A stretch of DNA of 64,000 nucleotides. Origin: Octopus sinensis (taxonomy: Eukaryota). The stretch lies in the NCBI RefSeq assembly GCF_006345805.1, contig NC_043001.1, forward strand, positions 89,094,001 to 89,158,000, written 5' to 3'. How positions within the stretch are numbered: the stretch's first letter is position 1; every line of letters starts with the position of its first letter. This document shows, one piece after another, positions 12,826 to 25,619 of the stretch. The notes under the pieces are model-generated. The model was given only the letters and a program-made list of their open reading frames with translations. It was not told where the DNA came from and did no database searches. The translations under genes and the position numbers were made by a program.

Positions 12826-13620
12826 ACACATATATATAATTATACATATATATATATAATTATACATACATATACATATATATATATATAATTATACATA
12901 CATATACATATATATATATTTAATTATACATACATATACATATATATATATTTAATTATACATACATATACATATATATAATATTTAATTATACATACAT
13001 ATACATATATAATTATTTATAACATACATATACATATATATATAATTATTTATACATACATATACATATATATATATAATTATTTATACATACATATACA
13101 TATATATATATAATTATTTATACATACATATACATATATATATATAATTATTTATACATACATATACATATCATCATCATCATCATCATCATCGTTTAAC
13201 GTCCGCTTTCCATGCTAGCATGGGTTGGACGGTTCAACTGGGGTCTGGGAAGCCCGAAGGCTGCACCAGGCCAGTCAGATGTGGCAGTGTTTCTACAGCT
13301 GGATGCCCTTCCTAACGCCAACCACTCCGAGAGTGTAGTGGGTGATTTTATGTGCCACCGACACAGGTGCCAGACGAGGCTGGCAGACGGCCACGCTCGG
13401 ATGGTGTTTTTTTTCCACCGACACAGGTGCCAGACGAGGCTGGCAGACGGCCACGCATATATATAATTATTTATACATACTATATACATATATATATATA
13501 ATTATTTATACATACATATACATATATAGATAGATATAATTATTACATACAATACATATATAATAATTATTATACAATACATTATATATATATTATATAT
13601 ATATATAATGTATATATGTA
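12826..13620. repeat. AT-rich ~32-bp minisatellite (TACATACATATACATATATATATAATTATTTA)n interrupted by an RTE 3' end
   Basis: Tandem units visible on both sides of 13170-13457. Confidence 0.85.
13170..13457 (-). mobile_element. RTE 3'-terminal fragment
   Basis: (CAT)n CGTTTAACGTCCGCTTTCCATGCTAGCATGGG... plus two partial 62-bp-type units. Confidence 0.9.
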
Positions 13621-14904
13621 TGGTTATGTATATATGTATATATATGTGTGTGTGTGTATAGGACTTTCAATTTCTTATAGTACTATGTGTGCGTGTGCGT
13701 GTGTGTATGTATATATATATATATATATATATATAGTGAGAGAGAGAGATACATACTCATATGCAGATACTGATGTGCCGGCCAACATATCTAACTTATA
13801 AAGGAGTGATTAAAAAGAAAAGCCAGTTAGGTGCACATTACAGTGAAGCCCCCACTACAAAGATAGGTTAATGGTAGGAGGTGGGTGATGGGAGCAGCTT
13901 AGTTTAATTTCTTTTTTTTTTTAAGGTGAACAGAAGTTCATGGGTATGCAGAGTGAAGGGAAGTGGGTGATAAATTAAGTGTTCCTCTATGTAACTCAAA
14001 GGTTCAACATCTGATCATAATCCCCAGGGCTACAAAGTGTAACTTTTGTATCAGCCTAGCTTCTTTGTCCCTTTCCCAACACTAGTCCCCTAGGTTGGAT
14101 AAGGAAAGGTAGTGCCTGAAACGGTCTCAAGCACTACCTTTCCTCACCTAACCCTTAAAAAGAAAGCATGAAAGGGAAAAAAAAATGTTGTTCCCAAAGG
14201 CATTTACTATACCTTTGTTTGATTTGCTAGAAATAGCTGCTAAACAGTCCTCATATCAAACCTTACATCCTTCAAATAAATAAAGGATCATGTTAACAGC
14301 TAAGAAAGGCATGGAAGTCATGGCTGGAATTCTTTTGATCATAATTCTTACCAAAGAAATGCATGATTGATTAGCCTTCTTTAATTATATTTCTATAGAA
14401 ATACACAAAAATAACAAAGAATTTAGTGAAATAATTTTGTCAATATTAATCCGATGTGTGGAATGTAAATTAGCATGAAATTTTAATGGAAGATTTTAAC
14501 TTAGATCTCTTTAAAACAGGAAGTTTATATCATAGAACAAGGAGCAGTCTTGAGCAGGTTTGTGTCAAAAAGTTAGGAGAGATTCCTTACACCCTCCCTT
14601 AGTCATGAAAATACTCAACAATAGAGAACGTGACCTAAGTGAAGCAGAAGTTTATGCAAAGTGATTATATTGACAGTCACATCTGTGTTTGTATTTAACA
14701 CTGTTACATTACTGAGATTTTCAATTTACTTAACCTTCTTTTAGCTAAAAAGTTGGCCCTGTAGAATGATAAGGCCTTTAATTGTTTTCTAAAGAAATTT
14801 GAAAAAAGAAAAAAAAGCTGTGTTTGTATGTGTGTATTTAAATATACACAACAACAGAGCACAGAGTAATCAAAAGACATTTGTTTATATATATATATAT
14901 ATAT

Positions 14905-15235
14905 GTTTTACTTGTTTCAGTCATTAGATTGTGGCCATGCTGGGGTCTGCCTTGAAGAATTTTAGTTGGAATGAACCAACCCCTGGACCTTTTAAGCCTG
15001 GTATTTATTGTATTGGTCTCTTTTGCCGAACCGCTAAGTTACAGGGATATAAACACACCAACACTGGTTGTCAAGCAGTGGAGGGTGGACAAACAGAATG
15101 TAAAACGCACACACACATCATAGGCTTCTTTCAGTTTCTGTCTACCAAATCCACACATAAGGTTGTGGCTGGTTGCAGTGGGGCTGAACCTGGAACCATG
15201 TAGTTGGGAAGCAAACTTCTTATCACACAGTCACA
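14905..15235 (-). mobile_element. tRNA-derived SINE; further copies at ~16185-16350(-), 20446-20750(+), 23739-24012(+), 38110-38335(+), 40270-40435(-), 44410-44605(+), 48945-49278(-), 50595-50980(+), 51135-51520(+), 58985-59190(-)
   Basis: Shared blocks TTTCAGTCATT.GACTG.GGCCATGCTGG, GCCGAACCGCTAAGTTAC and CTTCTTTCAGTTTC.GTCTACCAAATCC. Confidence 0.8.
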
Positions 15236-15608
15236 TTCATATAAAAAAAAAGCATTCAACATACATTATGGATGTTCAATATTCATATTAACAATTTGAC
15301 TGAGATATGCCTTTCACTGATGCAAAACGCTTCTTATCATTTGGATGCTCCAGAGCATTGACTTATCTGAACAATTTGTGTATGTGTGTGCATGCATATA
15401 TCATCATTTTAACATCCATATTTTCATGTTTGCATGGGTCAGACAGGGCTCATTGAGGCAGGTTCACTACATATATATATGTGTGTGTGTGTGTGTGTAT
15501 GTATATATGGATCAAAACAGTTTGATTCAAATTCGTTGGTACTCGAGTTTCAAGTATGTTGCTAGTTATTTCAAATTTGAAATATATATATATGTATCTT
15601 CTATATAT

Positions 15609-15661
<53 letters not shown>

Positions 15662-15730
15662 AGTCATCTAAGAGACCATCAGTCAGGGGAAAGATGCACT
15701 TGTAAATCTGTTAGTAGAGTAGATATATTA

Positions 15731-16160
15731 TCCGAAATGTATAGTATTAAATATCCATGATGGCTGGTCTTACTAATCAGTTTTGCATAAAGAATACAAT
15801 GGAGTGTCAGGTAAACAAACCGATTATATAACTTTATGCTCATCAGAGTTAGCCGATATGGAAGGGAATATGATGACTGCTCTCTATTGTCAAAAGTCGA
15901 TTAGCACCTAAACATAACTCCTAAACTAATCCCCTGGCCCCTTTTATGTCACACAACCTTTTTCACAACAACCACTGACCAGCTGTGCTAATCCACCTCT
16001 GACACTAGAGAGCAATCACCATATTCCATTCCATATCAGCTAACTCTGATGAGTGTAAAAGTTTATAATCAGTTTGTTACTTAATATTCCATTGTATTCT
16101 TTATGCAAAACCAATTGGTAAGACCAGCCATGGTGGATATTTCATACTATACATTTCGGA
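15731..16160. mobile_element. Inverted pair of Penelope-like repeat fragments (arms 15731-15885 and 16007-16160), each with a hammerhead motif
   Basis: The arms are reverse complements with scattered mismatches and a ~120-bp spacer. Confidence 0.8.
16041..16125 (+). ncRNA. Type I hammerhead motif with G12>A; mirror copy at 15762-15853 (-)
   Basis: CT CTGATGA GTGTAAA...TTTATGC AAAAC CAATTG GTA AG; stem III ACCAATTGGT is a palindrome. Confidence 0.6.
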
Positions 16161-16859
16161 TGATGTATATATACAGATATATATAGATAGGCTTCTTTCA
16201 GTTTCCATGTTCCAAATCCATACACAAGGCTTTGGTCAGTTTGAGGCTATAGTAGAAGACACTTGCCCAAGGTGCCACACAGTAGGACTGAACCCAGAAC
16301 CCTGAACCCATGTGGTTGAGAAGCAAACTTCTGACCACACAGCCATGCCTACACCCATATATTAATAATTTTTACAACAAAATGGCTGATAGTGACTTTG
16401 AAGTTTTGGCTTGCTCACCTTTATCAGACAGTCTAATGAAAAGAAGCAAGCTGAAACTTCAAAGTCCCTGTCAATCATTTTTTCCTTGTAAATTTATTAA
16501 ATATGTACTCTAGCAAAAAATACTGAGAAATTCTTTAGTTAATGCTAAATTGTTTCTATACATAACTTGACACAAGAATAGATATATATGGATGGCTGCA
16601 TGCATATATTACCTGTCTTAAATAGAGCATAATGAATGAAATATTTTTATTAGGTCTAAGGTAGCACAACTTTCATGGTCTTGTAATGCAAATATTTATA
16701 CACACTAATTGAGGTTATCTAATTAAATTATATAATTTGAGTTTTGAGTCTATCTAATCAGGTGTGATTGTGTTCACATGTATGATAATAATGTCAGATG
16801 AATCCCAGAGATTCCATTATTTCACCATTACGTTACCATTACTCGTTACCATTTATAGA

Positions 16860-17135
16860 TACAGATATAAAGATTAGGTAAAGGTTACCTTCTCGAGTTA
16901 TACTGACTAATAAGGGCCAGTTTACTGGTTTCTGTGACATATAAATTCCCCTACCTGGACAGGCTGCTGCTCTGCCACAGGATTACTCATTTTTGTCAGC
17001 TGAGTGAACTGGAGCAACATGAAATGAAGTGTTTTGTTCAAGAACACAATGCGTCGCCTGGTCCAGGAATTGAAACCAGTCTTACGAGCATGAGTTCAAC
17101 ACTCTAACCACTAAGCCATGTGTCTCCACTGATAT
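16860..17135 (-). mobile_element. tRNA-derived SINE with CORE-like centre; related copies at ~39120-39420(-), 54122-54410 and 54637-54925(+), 57690-57860(-)
   Basis: Minus strand head GGCTTAGTGGTTAGAGTG...GGTTTCAATTCC, then GTGTTCTTGA.CAA..CACTTCATTTCA. Confidence 0.7.
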
Positions 17136-17204
17136 GGCTATGTTGCTAAGAAATTTACTTGCCAACCACACAGTTTCAAGTTCAGTCTCACTGCTTGCTA
17201 CATA

Positions 17205-18250
17205 GGTCCAAATTAGCAATGGCGGAGGATGCTCTGAAAGTATTGTTTCTAGAATAAGAATTGGGTGGAGGAAGTTCAGAGAGTGAGACATGGGCTCTGA
17301 ATGCAGAAGACATGCATAGACTGGAGAGAAATGAAAATAGTATGTTCCATTGGATGTGCAACATCAGTGCACATGTATGACAAAGTGCAAATTTATTGAG
17401 AGAAAAGCTGAACATAAAAGGAATCAAATGTAGCATGCAAGAGAGAAGACTACATTGGTTTGGACATGTGATGCATATGAATGAGAACAGCTGTGTAAAG
17501 AAGTGCTATTCACTGAAAGTAGATGGTACCCACAGAAGAGGGAGATCCAGGAAGACATGGGATGATATTGGGCCTCATGAAGGAAATGACAATGGACTGA
17601 GATGTCTGGCAACATGAAGTTCTTGAGAAGACCCACCCACATCAGTGAAACTGTTCTAGAAGCACTCTGTGTCCCATCCACACTTAAGAAAATTTCTCAC
17701 ACACCCTACCACAACAAACCAAACTACATCCTCTTCTCTTCTTCACATTTTCACCTTTATACTTGTGACCAAGACCTTTGGAATTATGCTGTGCGTGAGA
17801 CCATAACCCGTGGCCTTCACCTGGGATGTAACCAGTCCACTTATGCATACCTTTCCTTCTTTGGACACAAAACTCTGCTTGCAAAGACCTGTTGAGGCAA
17901 GTGAAATCAATCAAAAATCAATGGAAATTGTAGTTGTGATACCAGTACCGGTGGCACATAAAAAGAACCACCCAAACGTGGCCATTGCCAGCGCCGCCTC
18001 GACTGGCCTCCGTGACATGTAAAAAGCACCAACCGATCATGGCCGATGCCAGCGTCGCCTGGCATCTGTGCCGGTGGCACATAAAAAGCACCCACTACAC
18101 TCACGGAGTGGTTGGCATTAGGAAGGGCATCCAGCTGTAGAAACACTGCCAGATCAGACTAGAGCCTGGTGCAGCCTCCTGGCTTCCCAGACCCCGGTTG
18201 AACCGTCCAACCCATGCTAGCATGGAAAACGGACGTTAAACGATGATGAT
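17205..18250 (+). mobile_element. Decayed 5'-truncated RTE LINE
   Basis: MQERRLHWFGHVMHMNENSCVKKC...GRSRKTWDD, then the same 3'UTR and GGACGTTAAACGATGATG end. Confidence 0.85.
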
Positions 18251-18439
18251 ACATTATTCCAAACTCTCACTCCCCAATCCTGTCCTCACAGCCCTGTTCC
18301 TCTGTATTTTTGTTATCAGGTAGCCCTCCTGGTTCTATATATACCCAGGTTTTTGCCGCTCACCCCACCCCCGCTCTCTTTAATCACTCTTCGTTCACAA
18401 TATCCTGCCACTTATATTATGGTGTTTGAACCTCAAGGG

Positions 18440-19100
18440 TATGCCCTGGCACTTACCACAATCTATATCTCTCTTTCTTTACTCAACCATCCCATTTATA
18501 TTCTGATCCTCATCCCTTGTGAGTATACCCATCACTTTGCCACCATCTTCTATCCTGCTGTCTCCCACTCTCTCCTCCTACACTTCCTTCAGGCTGGGTA
18601 ACTATGTATTTCCTTTGCAGCTGTGCACCTATTTCTGTCTTCATTCCTGATCTCTCTCTCTCCCCAGCCGGGTAACCTTGTACCTCCTCTACAGCAAGAC
18701 ACCTGCTTCTGTCTCTCTGTCTCACTATAACCTTTCATCATCTGACACAAGATCACCTCCTCCTCTGAAAAGAGGTTTTGTTTTTGTCTTGCAAGTACTT
18801 AGTGACCCTGTCAGTGCAGATGCCACTTAAAAGCATCCAGTTCACACTGGTTGGCATTTGGAAGGGCATCCAGCTGTAAAAACCTTGCCAAAATTGGCCT
18901 TGCCTGTGCTCGTGCAACATAAAAAGCACTAAGTCCACTCGGTCGAGTGGTTGATGTTTGGAAGGGTATCTAGCTATAAAAATCCTGCCGAAACAGATAC
19001 AGAAATCTAGTGCAGGCTTCTGCCTGGCCAGCTCCTGTCAAACCATCCCACCCTTGCCAGCATGGAAGGCAGACATTAAACGATGATGATGATGACGATG
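18440..19100 (+). mobile_element. Long RTE-type 3'UTR variant with (GAT)n tail
   Basis: Ends GGAAGGGCATCCAGCT...CATGGAAGGCAGACATTAAACGATGATG; the upstream boundary is uncertain. Confidence 0.65.
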
Positions 19101-19119
19101 ATCTCTCTTTATTTATTAT

Positions 19120-19585
19120 TATTATTATTAAGAAGTTAGTGAGTGGCAGAATTGTTATCACATCAGACAAAATGTCTATTGGCATTTCTTCTGATAAATT
19201 CCATTCTGAGTTCAAATTCTGCCAAAGTTAATTTTGCCTTTCATCCTTTCAGAGTAGATAAAATAAGTACCAGTTGAGCATAGGGACTGACATAATTGAC
19301 TATCCCACTCTTCCAAAATTTCAGGTCTTGTGCCTACAGTAGAAAGACTTATTATTACAAAGGCAGCAAGCTAGCAGAATTGTAATCACATCAGATAAAT
19401 TGCTTAGTGGCATGTCTTTTGGTTCTTTACATTTTGACTTCAAATTCTGCTGAGGTCTACTTTGTCTTTCATTCTTTTGGGGTTAATAAAATAAGGACCA
19501 GTTGTGCACTGGGGTCAATGTAATCAACTAGCCCCCTCCCACAAGTTTTCTAGCCATGTGCCTATAATAGAAAGAAATATTATCA
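19120..19585 (+). mobile_element. Two head-to-tail SINEs (GGCAGCAAGCTGGCAGAA family)
   Basis: Two repeats of CAAATTCTGC..TTTG.CTTTCAT.CTTT..GG..ATAAAATAAG.ACCAGTTG. Confidence 0.75.
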
Positions 19586-19734
19586 TTATCAATTAAATAA
19601 TTTTTTAAAATGAGCTACGAGTAAGAGAAATACCTCAATCGGACAAGTTATGAATTAACTGAAATTTTCACCACTGTTGAAAAACAAAAAATTATTTTTA
19701 ATAAATGCAAAATTGTTTGTAATCCTTTATATCA

Positions 19735-19925
19735 TCATCATTTAACATCTGCTTTCCATGCTGGCATGGGTTGGACAGTCTGACTGGAACTGCTAAACCA
19801 GAGGGCTGCACCAGGTTCTAGTCTGATTTGTCATAGTTTCTGGATTTCCTTCCTAATGCCAGCCACTCAGAGTGTAACAGATGCTTCTTATGTGCCACTA
19901 ACACAGGTATCATTTACATGACACT
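19735..19925 (-). mobile_element. Old RTE 3' end; others at 31905-32205(+) and 41700-42008(+)
   Basis: (CAT)n TTAACATCTGCTTTCCATGCTGGCATGGGTTGGAC. Confidence 0.75.
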
Positions 19926-20759
19926 GGCAAAGGCCACAACAACACACACGGCTGTGTGGTTAAGAAGTCCACTTTGCAGCCATGTAGTTTTGGGTTCAAT
20001 CCTAATGTGCAGCACCTAAGATAAATGTCTTCTAATATAGTGCTGGGTGAACCAATGCCTTGTGAACATATTTGGTAGATGGATGCCTGTTTTATATATA
20101 TATATATTTGTATGTGTACCTCCGTGTACACATATTTAAATTTATTTTGAGATTAGTTCTCACTTTCTTGAAATTAATTTTTCTTTTATTGGAAACCATT
20201 TACAGTTATCATTAGGTTTTTGCTTACTTTCTCTGGAGAAGGGAAAAGGCTAGAATAGGGTAGAAGTAAGGACAAAACATTTTTAAAAAAAACTGAAATT
20301 TTAGGAAAAAATCATTTTAGAATCATGTTCCCATTATATGAAACACAGAAAGAGTAAAACAAAGGGGGTGGGGAACACCCAATTCCTTGCCCTTTTTTAT
20401 CCCATCAGGTAGCAATTTCAAATTTCCACTGAAATTTGATTGAGGGTGCAGGTGTGGCTGTATGGTAAGAAGTTTGCTTCCCAACCACATGGTTCCAGGT
20501 TCAGTCCCACTGTGTGACATTTTGGGCAAGTGTTTTCTACTTTAGCTATGGGCTAATTCAAAGCCTTGTGAGTAGGTTTGGTAATGGAAACTGAAAGCCT
20601 ATTTGTATGTATGCGTGTTTACCTCCCTGTAACTTAGCAGTTCGGCAAAAGAGAAATAAGCCCTGGGATTAATTCGTTCGCCTAAAATTCCTCAAGTCAG
20701 TGCCCCAGCGTGTCCGCATTGTAATGACTGAAAGAAGTAAAAAAGAAAAGAGATAATTG

Positions 20760-21190
20760 CACTTCGGATGGTGTAGATTCTAATTATATCGTAAAATTCA
20801 CGTGAGGCGCTTTGTTCTATCAAAACTTTCAGAAAAATGAATATTTTTTAATGAAATTTTCAACAAATACCTTTCAGTGTGTATAGATTACAATTATATT
20901 GGAGTTTAATTCTGATGTTATCGTAATTTACACCATCTGAAAGGTATTAGTAGAAAATTCTATTAAAAGATAACCATTTCTCCGAAAGTTATGAGGAAAC
21001 AAAACCGACCCGTGTGAATTTACTGAAACTCCTCTCCCCACCGCCGAAAAATTTTTCACCATAAATTCCTATACAATCGGAGTCTACACCATCTGAAGTG
21101 TATTTGTAAAAAAAAAAAATTCGTTAAAAGAATATCAATTTTTTTGAAAGCTATGAGGAAACAAAATCAGATGGGGTTACAGTTATGTAG
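20760..21190. mobile_element. Unclassified foldback/DNA-transposon-like repeat with ~157-bp subunits; related blocks at ~22520-22800 and 42130-42700
   Basis: TACACCATCTGAA...TATGAGGAAACAAAA occurs at ~20928 and ~21085 and in inverted orientation at 20820-20900 and 22550-22720. Confidence 0.5.
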
Positions 21191-21344
21191 GTTGCCAATT
21201 ATTTGAGAACACCTCCTAACTTCTTTTTTTTATTTTTTATCTCGAATGCCTAAGCAAAAGTTTGGGAAAATGAAAAATGAATCTCTTTAAATGACGTTGG
21301 AAAAGTAATGAAACTGTTATGGGAGGACGGAAGTTAAGAATCCA

Positions 21345-21537
21345 GGTAAAAAAAGTCGCAAGTAAAAAAGTCAAGGTAATCAAGTCACAAGGGTTTTGTC
21401 AGGATCCTATTAATTGTGACTTTTTTTCCCTCGTGACTTCATTACCGGCCACCATAAATTAATTATGACTTTTTACCTAACCGAAATTGTGACTTTATAA
21501 CTGACTTTTTTCCTGTCACTTTTTTACGGGTCACCGG
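21345..21537. mobile_element. Small foldback element built of GGTAAAAAAGTC / GACTTTTTTACC motifs (MULE-like MITE candidate)
   Basis: Three (G)TAAAAAAGTC-like units on the left and multiple GACTTTTT(A/C)C units on the right. Confidence 0.45.
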
Positions 21538-23640
21538 AAATTAACGCACCAATGTTGCCACAGAAAGTTACAGTAGCCTTCCAATAGTTTATCTCTTGAT
21601 ACCAACCTAATTGTGACTGTTCTTGATACTTTAATACAAACTTGTTGAAGATAGATCGAAAATAAAACCAATCAAAACTTCATGCTAATTTATGTTCCAA
21701 ACACTAGCTTAATAATGACAAAGACTTTTCCTAAATTTTTCATGGAAGAAAATAATTGAAGGCGGGGTGTTTTAACAAAAATATGGTTAGAGAAATCCAA
21801 AAAAGGAAAAGGGGTTAAAACATAGGAGCAGTAAAAGGGAACCGCGGCTTGTGATAAAACAAGAAAGACAATGCAGTTTTAGATCTACTGGAAATAGCAG
21901 TCAAATTGCCGTAAGTTTACGTTTTGAAAAACGGGAAGGATATACATACGATAACATGGGCCCAAGATTATATATCCCTGTCGAGAAAAGACAACATGAT
22001 TACGGTCGGCACACTGAGGTCTGCTCGACCAATATTAACCTAAGGCTAAAGGTGAAAAAATATATTGATAAAAGTTTAAACTTTATTCAATTCCTGCTAA
22101 TAACACAATATTATTTTAATATAAGAATACTACAAATATGTAAGAGTGTGTGTATAGGAAAGTAAAAGTAATTAAGTATATCAATTATATATATTTTATA
22201 CAGTGCAAAACTTATCGGGTATAAAACTCAATACATTGGGTAGAGAGGATAGAGATATTAGCATTTCCGACATTAGCATTTCCTACATATTAAGCCAGTG
22301 TTTGGAACATAAATTAGCGCGAAGTTTTGATACAACTGAATGCAAATAAAGATCCAGTTTTAATATAAATTTTTCATATTTATGAAACAGCTGGAATGAG
22401 GTACATCAAAAATAAGGCTTTCATTTCTAAAATATCAAGTTCTGGCTTACGCGAGGGGTTCTCGTCTCCCAGTTATGCATATAATTAGTTGGGAGGGAAT
22501 TCGAAGCTGGCATACCTACACAAGTGGTTTCCACATATCTTCCAAAAACATGAATTTTTTAAAATGAAATTTTCAACGAATACGCTTCAGACGGTGTACA
22601 TTCAGATCATATCGGAATTTGTTGTGAAAAGGGATCTGGTGCTTTTCAATTTTCCGTGAATTGGAAGAGGGTTTTCGGAAAATTCACGTCAGCTTTGTTT
22701 CCTCATAACTTGCAGAAAAATGATAAATTTTTTAATTAAATTTTCAAAACATGCCTTTTAGAGTGAGTAGATTACTATCATTGTAATTCAATATGAAAAA
22801 TTAAAAAAATTAGTGGACTGACACACTTGCTGATACGCATCACATATATCTACAAAACGAAACTTGAAATGTGAACAAAAAATGTATGTCATAATGTGTG
22901 TGCGCGTGTTTTTTTGAGGGGGTGGGGTTTCAATTAAAAACACCTGCTTCCCAGTCTCCGAGATCCCAAGAAATACCTGAGAACAAGTGCGATGAACCCC
23001 TCACTCCTTTCATAGGGCTTGGAACACCCACACTCACACATAAAAGTACACGTAAAAGTTTGTGTGCAAAGAAGAGGGTACCACTTTATATGTTGATCAA
23101 GTTTTTTCCTTTTTTTTTTGTCAGCATTGTTGCATATGACTAGCTCTAGTAATAATAGTTGTTTGGTGAATTTTGGTAATGCGAATTAGTGATTGTTTCG
23201 TGACATCTACGTAGCTGTAAGTGATTATGAGAGTAAAACTATAATGTAGACGAAATACTTGGCTGTATTAACTATTATAATCGAAACAACCGGATGGACT
23301 GAAAAGTGTCGTAACAATCGATAACAATATTTAGCTCAAGGAGACTACGAAAAACGGCTTTTTTAAAATACTTAACGAGAACAAATGCATGTTGTTTTCC
23401 TTAATGATTATGATGATTTCTAACGTAAGCACTCCTCAGGTGGTTGTTTAATTTTTTAGTGGCGGAGGTGGAAAGAAACGAAGATGTGGGAGTATATAGA
23501 AAATTAAGGACGCTGTTGTAGGTTTACAGATGAGACACTATTAAATTCATTTGGAGGGGGCACAAAGTCCTTATTTGCCACAAGGGCATATAGAGAGAAC
23601 ATTGCGATGCACCACAATACTTTACCTTAAAATAATAGGA

Positions 23641-23730
<90 letters not shown>

Positions 23731-24203
23731 AAGAGAGATGCAGGCGTGGCAGTATGGTTAGAAGCTTGCTTCCGAACTGCATGGTTACCTTAGGCAAGTG
23801 TCTTGTGAGTGGATTTGGTAGACGGAAACTGAAAGAAGCCAATCGTGTGTGTGTGTATGTATATATATGTGTCTGTCCCCCGATGTTAGCAAAAGCGACA
23901 GATAGAATAAGTACTAGGCTTACAAAGAATAAGTCCTAGGATCGATTTATTCCACTAAAACTCTTCGAGGCGGTGCTCCAGCATGGCCGCAGTCAAATGA
24001 CTGAAACAAATATGAGGTGGGGGTGTACATATGATTTTATTTAGTGTTATATACAAAACTTTCAGCCTTTCGTAACTTCAGCCAATTAGAAATAATAAAA
24101 CGTGTATTCTCCCTAAACGTGAGCAAGTTGGCTGGTATGAAAAATATTTAAAAAGGGTGCCACCCTTATATGTATACGTATGTATATGAGTGAGTGTGTT
24201 GAA

Positions 24204-24600
24204 ACTTACCTCGGCCTTATAGAGAAAGGGGGTTTTGCTCAGCATTCCAACAGGTACAAGACGGAAAGAAGATATAGTGGCGATGCATCAAACTTATAAA
24301 ATTAAACTGCATTTCAGTTTATAGGTGTTGTTTGATTTTGTGGTCCTGAAGTCTGGGTAGCATCCATCTGAGACGATGTGCGACAACATACTACACCAGT
24401 GAGAGGTGTCAGGTGGTTGCGGTTTTACTGGTCGAGACAGAATCAAGCAGCTATAAGGTGTGGTGGAAGTAAATAGAAAATTAAGGACACGGTTGCTGTG
24501 TTTACAACAAGAGGTGAAATACGATTAAATTCATTCATAGGAAGCACATGTAGTCTTAATAAGCCGGGGGTATGAAAGGGGTCGACTGGTAACTACTTAA
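24204..24600 (-). other. Candidate non-coding first exon with splice donor (minus strand ...GGCCGAG|GTAAGT, exon end at 24210)
   Basis: Perfect GTAAGT donor after unique, CpG-retaining sequence; no long ORF; the 5' boundary is unknown. Confidence 0.3.
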
Positions 24601-25255
24601 AATTGTCTTCTTACTTCTTTATATGACAGGGTGACTCACACTGAACTCGCAGATTCAGGAAAGCACTTTAGCAGTATACGAGTCGACTGACAACTATTTA
24701 CATATATCAGGTCTATTATATTACTTATACGTACTTACGTATGTATACATACATACATAAGCACACACACACATAATATATAAATGTATCTATGTATTTT
24801 TCTCACACCTGAAATATTAACACATTTTTTTGTCACACCTCCGCACAGATTTTGCGCATCGACAAGCTTTAATAGAGCTAATCAAAGGAAATGGAGAGCG
24901 GGGACACGACATACAAGCTGCCAACCCTAGTTCAGTCCTTATTCTCTCTCTTTCCTTCTCTCTTTCTCTCTCTCTCTTATATAGATATACAGATATCTAT
25001 CTATATATGTGTGTGTGCGTATACGTATCTATATACAATGTGTGTGTGAGTAAATCTGATATAATCTATAGATTCCGGCTGGAGGCACTTAATAGCAACA
25101 AACTAGTTAGTTTATCTTAGCTGAAAAATATCAGCAGCAGCAACAGCAAACTTGATCGCGCCTCTTCAGACAGTCTACTTCTACTGTATCAACAGATGTG
25201 TCAGGTCAGTTAAGTGGGATGTCGTACCTTACCCTCTGGTCAAAAGCTTTGGCGT

Positions 25256-25300
<45 letters not shown>

Positions 25301-25619
25301 ATATCTATCTATATATTTGTCTGTCTATCTCTCTACCTACCTGTCTATTCATCTTCCAGTTTATGTCTGCCTGTCTGTATGCTCAAGCACGTGTGTTAGC
25401 ATGTATATTGTTTTGATGGACGTGTATGTATGGATACATCATTGCTGGCTGGTTAAGAAATTCACAATCAAGAGTTTACGGGGTTCAATCCAAAGGCATA
25501 TCTTGTGCAATATATATATATATATATATATAATGTATACGCGCGCACACACACACATAAGCATACCTACATATGTATGGCCCTAATTTTGTTTCCGTCT
25601 TTTTGTTCATTTTTATTTT

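Noticed and set aside
23410-23440. Minus-strand CTGAGGA...GAAAT..ATA motif
   Set aside because: No credible stem I or stem II; likely chance.
25040-25180. Possible minus-strand hammerhead (CTGAAGA...GGAATCTATAGATT)
   Set aside because: The GAAA core is altered and stem I is weak; too degenerate to call without a family consensus.
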